DNA of 63,945 bases, filler included, from Collodictyon triciliatum (taxonomy: Eukaryota), in the NCBI GenBank assembly GCA_043381765.1. It is 3 parts of 3 records of this genome, joined end to end, with 100 filler letters (N's around TTAATTAATTAA, not from the genome) between each part and the next. Parts side by side here need not be neighbours in the genome. Positions count along the whole stretch, not along the records: positions 43,344 to 63,945 come from JBHJMP010001188.1; 2 more parts are not named here. One strand, given 5' to 3'. Made by a program: the position numbers and the translations under genes. The notes beneath the pieces are model-generated. The model saw only the letters and a program-made list of their open reading frames with translations. It was not told the DNA's origin and did no database searches. Of this stretch, positions 53,678 to 63,945 are shown one piece after another (the first letter of the stretch is position 1; each line of letters begins with the position of its first letter).

Positions 53678-55031
53678 ATGGTTCTCCTGCACATGAAGAA
53701 CAGCGCAGACAAGCAGCTGATCCACGAAGCACCAGCCGCAACGCCCGTCAAGCAGCTCGTGGCGGAGCTTGTGGAGCTTTCCAACCTGCGGCTGTGTGTG
53801 GAGCGGCTGGCCTCTTACGCCGAAGACCTGGCGAATCACGGGCCGCAAAAGCCGACAGGTGCGCCCATGCCTCTGTGATCTGCTCAACAAACTGCCCCAC
53901 TCACACTGCACGCACCCACCCGCAGAGGAGCACGGCCTGGACGAATTCCGGGATCCCCACATCGAAGAAGGAAGGCTTGTGGAGCCGTCGCCGCCGCCCA
54001 TGCCTGAGGGCTACGAGTACCGCAGGGATCCAACAGGACGGCGCACCGGCCAAGGCACCCGCTCCTCTCCTTTTTTCTTTCTCTTCTTTCTCTGGAATTC
54101 TTTTTTTTTTTTTATTCCCTGATGCCTCCACGCTTGTTTGCCTCTAACCAGTGCTTTTCCCCTGCCCCTTTCTGATCCCAATTTGCCGCTCCCTGTGCAG
54201 CCCCGAAGGAGCCCGCTTTCTCCACGCTAGTCAAGACTGCCGAAGAAGCCAAGGCCTGTGCCTCTGCGCAGAATGCCGACCGCAGAGTCGTCCTCACAAA
54301 GGACAGCCTACTCGAGGCCAAGGATCGTATTCGCGGGGCCGTCCTCATAGCATACCCAATGGGGCTGCCGCCGTTTGACCCAGTGCAGCAAGTCTTTGAC
54401 GGCACAGAGGACATATCTGGCTCGTCGGTCTGTGTTTTTGTCCCTGCAGCCTGTTGATCTCCTTTCCTTCCGCTGTGGCGAAGCTGTGTGCTCGGCGACT
54501 AAATACCGGTTTTGTTTTGGGGGCCACAGGCGAGTCTCGATGTCTTCGACCCATCCGCCGCCTCGTTGTGGTGGGCTGGGAAGGAAATGCAGCCTGACCA
54601 GAAGCTCAGTGACTACGTGGGCAAAAACGAAAAGACAAAGATCGTCGTCAAGCTACAGAAGGTATCCCGTTACCCTCATGCAGCCCACCAAGCCATCCTT
54701 GTCCTCCTAAACACCCCGCTGCCCTCTATCTGTTTAGAAGGGCGCGGGTCCGCCTGCCCGAGAGTCCCCACTGGACGAGAAGACTCAAAAGGAGATGATG
54801 GCATTTTGGTATAAAAAGCAGGAGGAGGAAAAGGTTTGCACTTGCTTTACTGCCTGGGTTCATCCCCTTACGCCCACAACTGCTTCTTAAACCCCAAAAC
54901 CTGAGCGAAACTTCACAACACAGCGTATGAAGGAAGACAATGACGATGAGTATGCAAACTCCTCCTGGGCAAACCCTAGAGGGCTGAAGAGCCACTTTAA
55001 TGGACTCCAGAATGTCGGCTTCAAGTACTGA
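53678..55031 (+). CDS. CFAP298: Cilia- and flagella-associated protein 298 (C21orf59/FBB18)
   Basis: MVLLHMK...LANHG...DPTGRRTGQ|AP...IRGAVLIAYPMGLPPFDPV...SLWWAGKEM...LSDYVGKNEKTKIVVKLQK|KGAGPPARE...QKEMMAFWYKKQEE...SSWANPRGLK. Confidence 0.95.
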
Positions 55032-55451
55032 CCACCTTGTGGACTTGCATTAGCAGGAAGCTGATTCCCACCTCACCTCATTTTGCACCCCTGTTCTTCG
55101 TGCACATGTACATCCCGGCGCCGTCCCCTCCTGTCTTCATCAGGTTGAGGCGAATAAAACACCATTTAACCTCATCGGTTGTTTGATGCACCTAGACTAC
55201 CTAATCACTCAAAGTCTATCCAGAGAGAAAGAGCTGGTCAACTCCGCAACTTTTTTTTAATCTGCCTCCTACTGCTTGGAATGCGCAGTTCCAGTGGAGT
55301 TCTGCGGTGTAAAGGGAGGATGTGGAAGTCGGGCAGCTTCGAGATAGAGAATAAGACAGGGCGGGGGGAGTGACCCATACATATAAATATCAAAAAGATA
55401 ACGCCCACAGTCAAAACTGGGATGAGTGACAAGTCCAGCGAGCATTGTCCC

Positions 55452-55929
55452 TTACGAACCAGTGAGTCTCTTGTAGAGCTTGGTTCCTTCCTCGTACACA
55501 ACCCTGAGGGAGTCGTTGACAGTATTGGTGACAAATCCATATGCTTTAAGATATAATGGTGTGAAAGGAATCTGTCGCGCATGTTACCAAATCACGGAGG
55601 AGTGCAGAGCGCGGCGGAGAATGCGAGGCCCGAACCCGCGGTACAGTCCAAATATACCTTCGTTCTGTATGAGAAGAAACAAATAGGGATTGAATTTGTA
55701 GCTATTCTCCATCGAGATTCATAACCTTAGTCTAAGGATGTATTAAACGGCAGTGATAAACAGAGACATATTCCCATACTTGAAAGGCGGATTTTGTCAA
55801 TTGCCAGACACCGCTTCGTTCTTGTCCACTTTCGAGTTGCATTCTAGTCTATTGTTCGAATATTGGAAAGTATAAGTTTCAACAGTAAAGACAAAGACAA
55901 AGACAAAGACAAAGACAAAGACAAAGACC

Positions 55930-56027
<98 letters not shown>

Positions 56028-58001
56028 CTTTTAAACGTACTAAGGGGTAGTAGAGACACATTTCTCCAGTGCATTATATATAATAATCAAACCTTCAACA
56101 CATCAAAAGGATGTGTTACAGCAGTGGCCAAAAACCCAGCTACAAATCCTACAGAATAAAACGGCATTATGAACTGATCAGCAAGGCTAAAAGACAAATA
56201 GCTACACAAGGAGTATCAGGATAGTCACAAACATACCAGCGGACATGTTGACCATAGTATCATTGAAAACAACTCCCAGAAAAGCGGTACCCACGTAAGC
56301 TATTTAATTTATATTTATTAGCACGGTATTGACTAAACTGTACGGAGGTTTATAATGATTTCTATTTTTTTTTATCTATCATCACTGAGAATTATTGACA
56401 AATCTGAAGAGGAATGAGAGTATACGTTTGGCAAATTGTTTGAACTCATTGTAAGACAGGACTTGAATGCCTGCGAAAGGAGCATCACGAAGAATCGTGG
56501 GCACCAGTCCACTAAAAAGGGCTACCATTTCGCAAAAATAGAAAATTCTTAGAACAAGATTCTACACTACAGTAACAACTTCTTGGACTGACCTCGATAT
56601 CCTTCGGTGGCGTAGATGGTTCGCACAGCATGAATAGTATTACGATATCGAACGTCGCCTGCCTAAATACGAAATAGCATTGGCATGGTTCTCATGAAGA
56701 AGCGAACATAATAACAAGAACGACGTTGTTATATGCAGGGGCATAGTGGCCACTTGGCTGGTTGGATATTTTAAAATGAGGGCGACGAAGTACCTCAAAG
56801 CGTGTTTTAATGACCGCAAAGGGTGAAAGAAGGAATGTGACAGCAGAACGAGATGCAACTCCCACCGCCTTCATCAATACCAGATGAATAACCAGCCAAA
56901 GAAATGATTCTCATACTTGTCGTTAATGATATACATATATATAAAAATGCTTCGCGGAAACAAAATGGAAAAAAAAAACACACAGCAGATTGGAGGGGGC
57001 TGAGCTTCGGATTTTCAGGTGTAATCAGCACCTATGAAAAAAGGGCTTTTAAACAGGAAATTTGTTGGGTATTATGATAAGTGTTGCACGAAAAAAAAAG
57101 GAGAGAGTTGCAGAGGTAATGTGCATATCAAGGCAAGCAAGCATCATGTATTCTTAAAGGACAATTTGTTACTAATTATGAGAAATGTACGTTCGTCATC
57201 GCCTGCATAGTCAGAAAGAAGAGACCGTAGCCTGGGACTACGCGAAAGAGGGTGGGTTCTGTTCCTCTCCACAGGCCCAAAAGTCCGTCCTGCTTGATGA
57301 TCTGTCGAGCTACCGAAAAGGTGTTTGCACCAATGACTCGTCCAGTCTTTTGAGTAGCGCTACGACAAAGATAAGCCATATGACTGAGAGGGACTAGCAC
57401 GTTCGAAAAAGTGAAAAAGCTTCCATACGTATAGTGTGCAAACACACATATTTCGAATACAAAGCAAGTTCTTTTATAAAAACCTTTCAGAGCTGGCAGA
57501 CGTTTTCACTTTTTGCATGCTGGTTTTGATAACATCGAGTGGCTTTTCCCCCCAATTATTTATGGAGAGATATTGAGAACAAAAAAAAAAAAAATTGATA
57601 AGTGAGGAAATGAATAAGCAGAGGGTGTCGCATGCAGAATGAGACGAATGACACAAAGCTATTTTCGTGAAACAAATGTGTTCAGACAAGTCGTTTATTT
57701 GATCTCACTATGTAATACTACCGCTATTTCATAACAAAGAACAGAAACCTGGAAGGTAAAGGCTCCCAATGCACCAGACACACCACCCGAAACAAAATCC
57801 TTCGCAGCGTCTGGGTGGAAAGTGGAAAGGAAATAAGAGTATGAGTTTATGGTGCACCATGGGCAAGCAAAAGAGAAATATGAAAAGTGGGGCATGGGTG
57901 TTTCCTTGCACAACAAGGAATATTGCATGCTAAAGTTCCATAAAGTAAAGCAACTCACTCGCCCAGAAGGATGGTTTCTTTGAAGCTCCGCCAGATTCCA
58001 T
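55452..58001 (-). CDS. Mitochondrial carrier, SLC25A38/Hem25 (glycine carrier)-like
   Basis: Three carrier signatures QPLDVIKT, SPFAVIKTRFE and HPFDVLK|TRMQL, plus GLWRGTEPTLFRVVPG, LVPTILRDAPFAGI (RDAPF is typical of SLC25A38) and GFGPRILRR. Confidence 0.85.
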
Positions 58002-58516
58002 GTTGGGCCAGATTATTGCGCGGCCTGTCGTTACTATACGAAGAAAAGGAAAAGAAAACAAAGGGAGGGATGTTAGTGCGTTCTCTTGGCCTTTCAGTTT
58101 GAGTTTCGACAGAGGGGTGGGGAGCAGGTGGGGCATATGCGTCCGGCTTGTTTGTTGGGCCAGCCTGGTCTTGCAGGGCGGGGTCGCAGGATGAGTCTAG
58201 TGTTTTGTGCTTTGTGTTTTGTGCTTTGTGTTTTGTGTTTTGTGCTTTGTGAACTGCTTTTTGCTTTTTATGTAGAACTTGGGAAATCCCTTTTATCTGA
58301 TCCGGCCTTTACGCCTTTGGCCTCTCCTGAATGAACGAATATGAAAATTGTTTGACGGATTAATAAAATTATGAATATGTATAATATATTTACACGTGTT
58401 AAATGTACCCAAAAGATCATAAATTATCATAATAGAATTTATATTATATAATCCAGTAATAGTATCACTAACTAATATCCGAAAGTGGAAAACACAAAAT
58501 CACAAAATCACAAAAA

Positions 58517-58622
58517 ACAATAAAAACACAATAAAAACACAATAAAAACACAATAAAAACACAATAAAAACACAATAAAAACACAATAAAAACACAATAA
58601 AAACACAATAAAAACACAATAA
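58517..58622. repeat. (AATAAAAACAC)n 11-bp tandem repeat in the divergent intergenic region
   Basis: Direct. Confidence 0.92.
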
Positions 58623-58737
58623 ACAGAAAATAAAAACAAAAATAGAAAAAACAAGGACTCATACTATCCATATAAACAAAAATTAATCTGTGGGGGTTTA
58701 GGTTACCGTAATATACAGAAAGCGCGTCGCCAAACTT

Positions 58738-59692
58738 ATGAAACTGCACGTAATCACTTTTACAGAAAGATGCATATACTTTAGTGTTTTTCTGTGTTTA
58801 AAACATATTCTTGTCAGCTTGTCCCTTGCGTAAGCACTTCCTCGTCTATGTTGCAGTTTTTTTTTCAATCAAGACAAACAGCATATTTAATTGAAGTATG
58901 TCAACGAGGGTTATATTATCCTAGCATAAAAGAGGATTCCCTAACACAGGTTCACATTCGAGAGAAAACTCTTCTGGTTCAGTGCGCTGAAGGCACACAA
59001 CCAGTGCGATGGTAGTTCTTTAACATTTGTAAGATGTGTATGATCCATCGAAAACGAGTCTTGTCGCAAGCCTTTTGACTTTTTTTCTTTCGTTTCCCTT
59101 TTGATGTGCCTGCAACTGACTCCGAAATGGGGTTCTTAATCTCATATATCGGAGGTCCTCTGGCATAATTCGTTAAAATGAGTAGCTTCATTTTCAGCGA
59201 CTATGATGTCATCGTTGCATAATACGACTCTTCTACATTTTCAATCTTATTTATTGCCTTTCCGATGATGCAGGATAGGATCGGTCGCGGTGACTCGCTA
59301 TACAAGCTCGAACGGGCTTCAGCTAGGTTACATGAAAGTATTTCGCAAGAAAACGATATGTAGAGGCTTGCCCACAGCCATACAACCATTCCCCGTGATA
59401 TTGTGATAATTTGTTATTGCATCAGGTGTGCCTGCCGCCATTCGAACATCAAACATGATTATACTGGACCCGAGTTCTACGATTAACAATGTCCTAAAAG
59501 ATGACGACCATGTCTGGATAGTTATGGAGGGTTTGGATGCTAACAAATATTATGATCAAGTTGCAAAATACACATATTTCAACATACCACTCAATCATTT
59601 CCAACAAAAGTATGAGAATAAAGGTTACTGAACAAAACACATCAACATATCTAATCATTACTGCTCTCGCAGACGAGATGGCAAACTCATAA
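58738..59692 (+). CDS. 83-aa stand-alone Par3/HAL N-terminal-like (beta-grasp) domain protein
   Basis: Five phase-compatible GT-AG exons (58738-58749, 58950-59011, 59274-59326, 59426-59530, 59673-59692) give MKLHVHIREKTLLVQCAEGTQPVRWIGSVAVTRYTSSNGLQLGVPAAIRTSNMIILDPSSTINNVLKDDDHVWIVMEDEMANS*. Confidence 0.8.
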
Positions 59693-60070
59693 ACATATGA
59701 CTTTTGCGGGTGGATGGACTCTCATCTCTCCTCTCGTAGCGTCGATGTACAAAGTCATTCAACGAATAAAAACGACATATTTTCATAATGAGATTTTTTT
59801 TGTCTGATATGTTGATTATGGGTTAGTAAAGTAACCCTACTCTGCAAAGCTTTGTGTTGCCTCATTCGAATCGAATAAAGGAGAGAAAAAACTGTGTTAC
59901 TATATTTTTGCAACACACATCAGCCTGTTACAGGAAATTCCTCATTACCAAGGGTATTTTAAATGTAAAATATTGACGCTGCGCAGCGCCTTGGTTAAGT
60001 TGTTTATTTCTTTAATTTTTATCTTTTTATTTTATTTCTCCTTTATATAATTCTATTTGGTGCACACAGG

Positions 60071-60359
60071 ATGAGAGGGTTGGCCATGGTTACTAGCTTG
60101 CGTCTGCGTGGTTTCCACACGGGGTCGCGTGTTGAGGGGTCGGCGTTTGTCCCTTCGCAGAAACATCAGCCGGCTTCCGGTGCGAATGGCCGGAGCATTC
60201 GGGTAATTTCTTGGTACCTGCTCATCACCCCGTCATATTTACCCGCTCCCGAAGCCCAACGACCCCCAACAGGCGACGGGTTTAAAGGCCATTTTCAGCC
60301 TAATTCCACTAAACAGAACAAATATAAAGGGTTAACCATTTGGATCAAGGCATTTATTG
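60071..60359. ncRNA. Unidentified GC-rich structured element (candidate ncRNA or SINE-like insert)
   Basis: Nested complementary segments and a 9-bp flanking direct repeat GCACACAGG; no recognised family motif. Confidence 0.35.
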
Positions 60360-60634
60360 GCACACAGGTTGGTGAAGCAAAAGGAGAATCATCCACAATC
60401 CCGGAGCACGGTCAAGTTAAAAGAAGAAAGGAAACAGCAACAAAAAACATCTTGAAACATATATTTGAATCAAATGGGAGGAAAAATATCTTGAAAGACA
60501 TCAGCGCGCATCATTCAATAATGCCTGAAACTTAGTCCTCTCTGGATACGATGACAGCGATAAAATAATATATCGTGATGGGGTTTGAGCTCTTACAAAT
60601 CCTATGGAAAGACCACTTTTAAATAGGTCGCATC

Positions 60635-62153
60635 ATGGACACTCACGCAAACTCTGCAGCTGCTCCTCCTCCAAATGAGTGGGCTATGCGTTGGCAAGCG
60701 CGTCAGATCCAATTCCACGAATCAGATGTAAACAAGTGGGTCTTCTCGTTTGGTACAAAGGGAATATACGAGCCGAGGCATACAATACCTTATCTACTAG
60801 TTACTGCTACACAGCCTATAAAAATTCTTGTCTTATTTCTCTTCTATTTTCAGATTTCTAAGGTTGAACGAAAGTCTTTTGTTTCCTGACCCTTCTCCTA
60901 AACGAGTGAGTCCCTGCAGTTTTTGTCTCTTTCTATCATATTCACTAATCCCGATACTTACACCCGCCTTAGAATAATCCTCATCTAGTTAGAATCGAGT
61001 CGAGCAACCATTATAACATATTTCTTCCAAACTTGCACAATATCAAAAGGTATTTGTGCCGATGGCTGGAAAGACTGTGGATATACCTTATCTGGTTGCG
61101 AAAGGACATCACATCATCGCTGTCGAGTTTGTAGAGCAAGCAGTCCAGGAATTCTTTCAAGATACAAAGCTCTCATTTACAAGAATTGACCTGGGCAATC
61201 AAGTGAGAATCAACGACTTAAACTTGTGTGATTTGAAAAATCCATACATAATTATCCATTGCTGATATAAATGCAAGAGAGTTGCACTGGAATATGTTGT
61301 CTTTTATAAGGGCTATGTTCAGCTAGGCACTAACGGGAGAAAAATATGAGTGAATTAGATAATAAAGTACGACGCAGCCAACGGAAAGATAGAGTTTTAT
61401 CTGTGCGATTTCTTTAACCCTTTCTTTAATGCGACATTGATAGGGCCAATAGACTGCGTATGGGACAGGTATATGATTATCCATGTTTACAAAACTCACC
61501 ACCTTTAAAATGTCGTACAATTTCCTACTCTAGGCCAAACAAAAAGTCAAAGAGGATGTTCAATTGTAAAATTGTTTGTCTGTACCCCATCTTGACTCTT
61601 TTGATAAACCATACAACATAGAGGGTCTCTCATTGCTATGAAAACGGACTCTCTGCAGCCTCTCTATGTGTCAAAAATGAAGGAGCTTCTGAAACCAGCA
61701 AACGCCTCGAAATACAGCGATGGGTTGAAGTATCTTTTATGCACGGTGGAGTATCCCACAGAGGAAATGCGGTGTGATTTTTTCACTTTTAAAGATACAC
61801 TGGAAAAATGCACCGATTTGTAAATTAGATTAAATACACTGATTCAATATCCTCTTATTAATTCAAATATGTACATAAACTCAGCGGTCCTCCTTTCTGT
61901 GTCACAGAGAATATGGTGATTGATTAACCGCCAAGATTTACATGAGATTCTTACAAAAAAAATGCGCTGACGCTATATATAAACTGAAATAGCTGAAACC
62001 ATACAGGTTTTGGAGTATTTTGGTGAAGAATTTGAGCTTCAAGTACTCCAGAAGCACCACAACCATACATTCTGCTTAAAACAAAACATCTCTTTATTCA
62101 ACATCATTTATCTCTTGTCACCTAAGAATATCCTTTCGTCAAAAAAATCATGA
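60635..62153 (+). CDS. TPMT: Thiopurine S-methyltransferase family protein
   Basis: Seven exons: WAMRWQARQIQFHESDVN|...|VFVPMAGKTVDIPYLVAKGHHIIAVEFVEQAVQEFF...CDFF...DCVWDR|GSLIAM...YPTEEMR|GPPFCV. Confidence 0.9.
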
Positions 62154-62375
62154 TTTAGGCGACCATACCGACCTAAGTAAATAGCAAAATACATGAAAAA
62201 AATGATCATGCTTTCTAGTGTGGCTACTTAAATGATTTATGTTTTGGCTAGTTCTCTAAGTATGTATATAAATTAAGAATAAATTTGAACAGGGGAAGCA
62301 AAGAAAGTTCGAGAATAGATTCTTTCCCTCATATTTCCTCTGTGTTAGTATGGAAAATCATGCAATACAAATGTC

Positions 62376-63295
62376 AAACTTTGTTTTTATAGATTCAAAC
62401 TAAGTCTTATCGGAATTAGTGGGCTATGGAGGTTGTCTTCTACTCGATTCAAAGTGCGAACTCGTTAAGCCATACTAGAGGTGAAAGACTTGTGCAGAGC
62501 AGAGAGCAGACGCGAGTAGAAGACGTTACTATGGAGAGGCTAGCACTGGAAAGAAATCAGTGATAGCGAGTTGGTCAGGTGGGCGACCCAACTGGTTGAT
62601 TGGTTGCGTGGGTAGCAGGGGGTTGATATGTTGTAGGAGATATCGCACGACACATTCCCACATCTCTTCGCTCGCGGTCAGAGTAGTGGGGACTGCGGGC
62701 GTGTTTCAGCAGGATACTCAGGAGGCTGTATTGCACGAGGCTTTCCAGTCTGGGTACATTGATTTCTCGTTCGGGTGAATCATTGGAGCGAGAGAATGCA
62801 CGCACACTCCATAAGAACCACAACATATGTCCCCTTGTGACTGCTCAGAGTATTCTAGAGTCGTGGGTCATTTGGTATTGTGGGCCAAACAGGATGTCAG
62901 ACGCGCTGAGTTGGTTGGGAGCATAATCAAGCTCAGAGAGCATCTTGTGGGAAGATTCTGTCACTCTTTGAGCCAGAGACCACTTCAAAAATGTGTGTTC
63001 GATAGAGCCATCTCCACTATGGCACATGGTGCATTCTGGAGAGGTCGTTGCTGCATGGACTACACACGCGCACCTACCCACAGCTCTCTGTTGGAGATAT
63101 TGAGCAGTAGGGCGCGGTGTTTCGGGAGTAACTGAGGTATAGGGACTTGCTTCCAGCTTTTGAATATCAGCGGGTCTATAATGCCTATAGTTTCGGCCCA
63201 ACGACTCATCTTCTCCGGTTTGTAGGGATTCGGGCTGATGATTTTATATCGAAACAGCTTGGAGTACGCCATGGCCATCGAGAATTGAGGAGAGT
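62376..63295 (-). mobile_element. 5'-truncated, frameshifted L1/Tx1-like non-LTR retrotransposon (zf-RVT plus C-terminal tail and 3'UTR)
   Basis: CTMCHSGDGSIEHTF (CxxC...EH zinc-binding region of LINE ORF2), an internal TGA where the other copy has W, and frameshifts. A possible 8-bp TSD CAAATGTC at 62368-62375 and 63296-63303 is weak. Confidence 0.8.
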
Positions 63296-63784
63296 CAAAT
63301 GTCTTTTCTCGATTTACTATTTTAATAACAGAAGGAGTAGGTATGTTCCTCTGCAGTAATCAGCATAAACGACGATGATTATATGCCCACAAAGGAAATT
63401 ATGGCTGTGACAAAATGATTGGTGTTTATGCTCGATAATGCTCATTTTAACACGGAGGAAAATGTTTCACGTTTTTATCTAAAGAAAAATTAGTTTTAGT
63501 TCATGTTTTATTTCATGGAATCGAATGCAGACTTTTTCTTATCCATTATTTTTTTTTCCTTATTATTTCTCTAGCTCTGTCTCTCTCTCTCGATGTGATC
63601 ACCACACTTATTCACATTGTAATGATAAAATAGATTGACCTTTGGTAAAATCCTTCACGCAAACAAAGAAACCTTGAAGATTTTTATTTTCCAATAACGG
63701 AGTGTGACGCATTTCATTTATCAAATACTTTCTCCATCTAAAATTCCGGACGTGAGCCTTGTGCCAGCAGTCCAACCGGAGATC

Positions 63785-63859
<75 letters not shown>

Positions 63860-63945
63860 TCTAAAAGTCTTAGCTGTTGAGCCCGTCTCAACAATCTTTC
63901 ATTCAACCATCAGGCAAGTAGTTCCAAAGTAGGTGGGGATGTGTG

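Noticed and set aside
60200-60246. Hammerhead-like arrangement on the minus strand (GTGATGA...GAAA flanked by GGGTAA/TTACCC)
   Set aside because: The core should be CUGANGA, and stems I and II cannot form.
60069-60340. 7SK, U3 or telomerase identity for the structured element (GGATGAGAGGG start, TGATGA, TAACCCT)
   Set aside because: No GAUC motifs, no box A/D, and no adequate template; the matches are too short.
62128-62137. ATATCCTTT U12-like donor in TPMT (similar matches near 5884 and 56597)
   Set aside because: Each lies within coding sequence that reads correctly without an intron, and I saw no matching branch site or AC.
63860-63945. Possible exon after the long poly-T at the window end
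   Set aside because: Too short to assign.

Overview
Eukaryotic nuclear DNA from an AT-rich, intron-dense, microsatellite-rich protist. It appears to be flagellated (CFAP298), to have mitochondria (mitochondrial-type LeuRS, PPR, SLC25A38-like carrier) and to have a minor spliceosome (one clear AT-AC intron). All gene models were spliced and translated by hand; product names come from recognised motifs, not database searches. Gene order: FHIT 3' part (+), myotubularin (+), C2/MUN-like (-), RS-RRM-ZnF RBM5/10-like (-, runs into a gap), tRNA-Glu(CTC), a decayed Sel1-repeat pseudogene with a LINE 3' fragment (-), mitochondrial-type LeuRS 3' half (+), PPR (+), alkyl-sulfatase-like MBL hydrolase (-), a large helical/coiled-coil protein (+), PPP4R4-like (+), PTB-like (-), tRNA-Leu(TAA), CFAP298 (+), SLC25A38/Hem25-like (-), an 83-aa stand-alone Par3/HAL-N-like gene (+), a structured GC-rich ~290-bp element, TPMT (+) and a second LINE fragment (-). 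There are three N gaps and two artificial N44-TTAATTAATTAA-N44 joins. Best leads: (1) two divergent LINE ORF2 tails share an exactly spaced C-terminal PCNA-binding PIP box, one a full PIP-degron; (2) a U12 AT-AC intron in a bacterial-type alkyl sulfatase that may end in a PTS1; (3) an unidentified structured RNA or SINE candidate; (4) a possible NMD-inducing 3'UTR intron in PTB.
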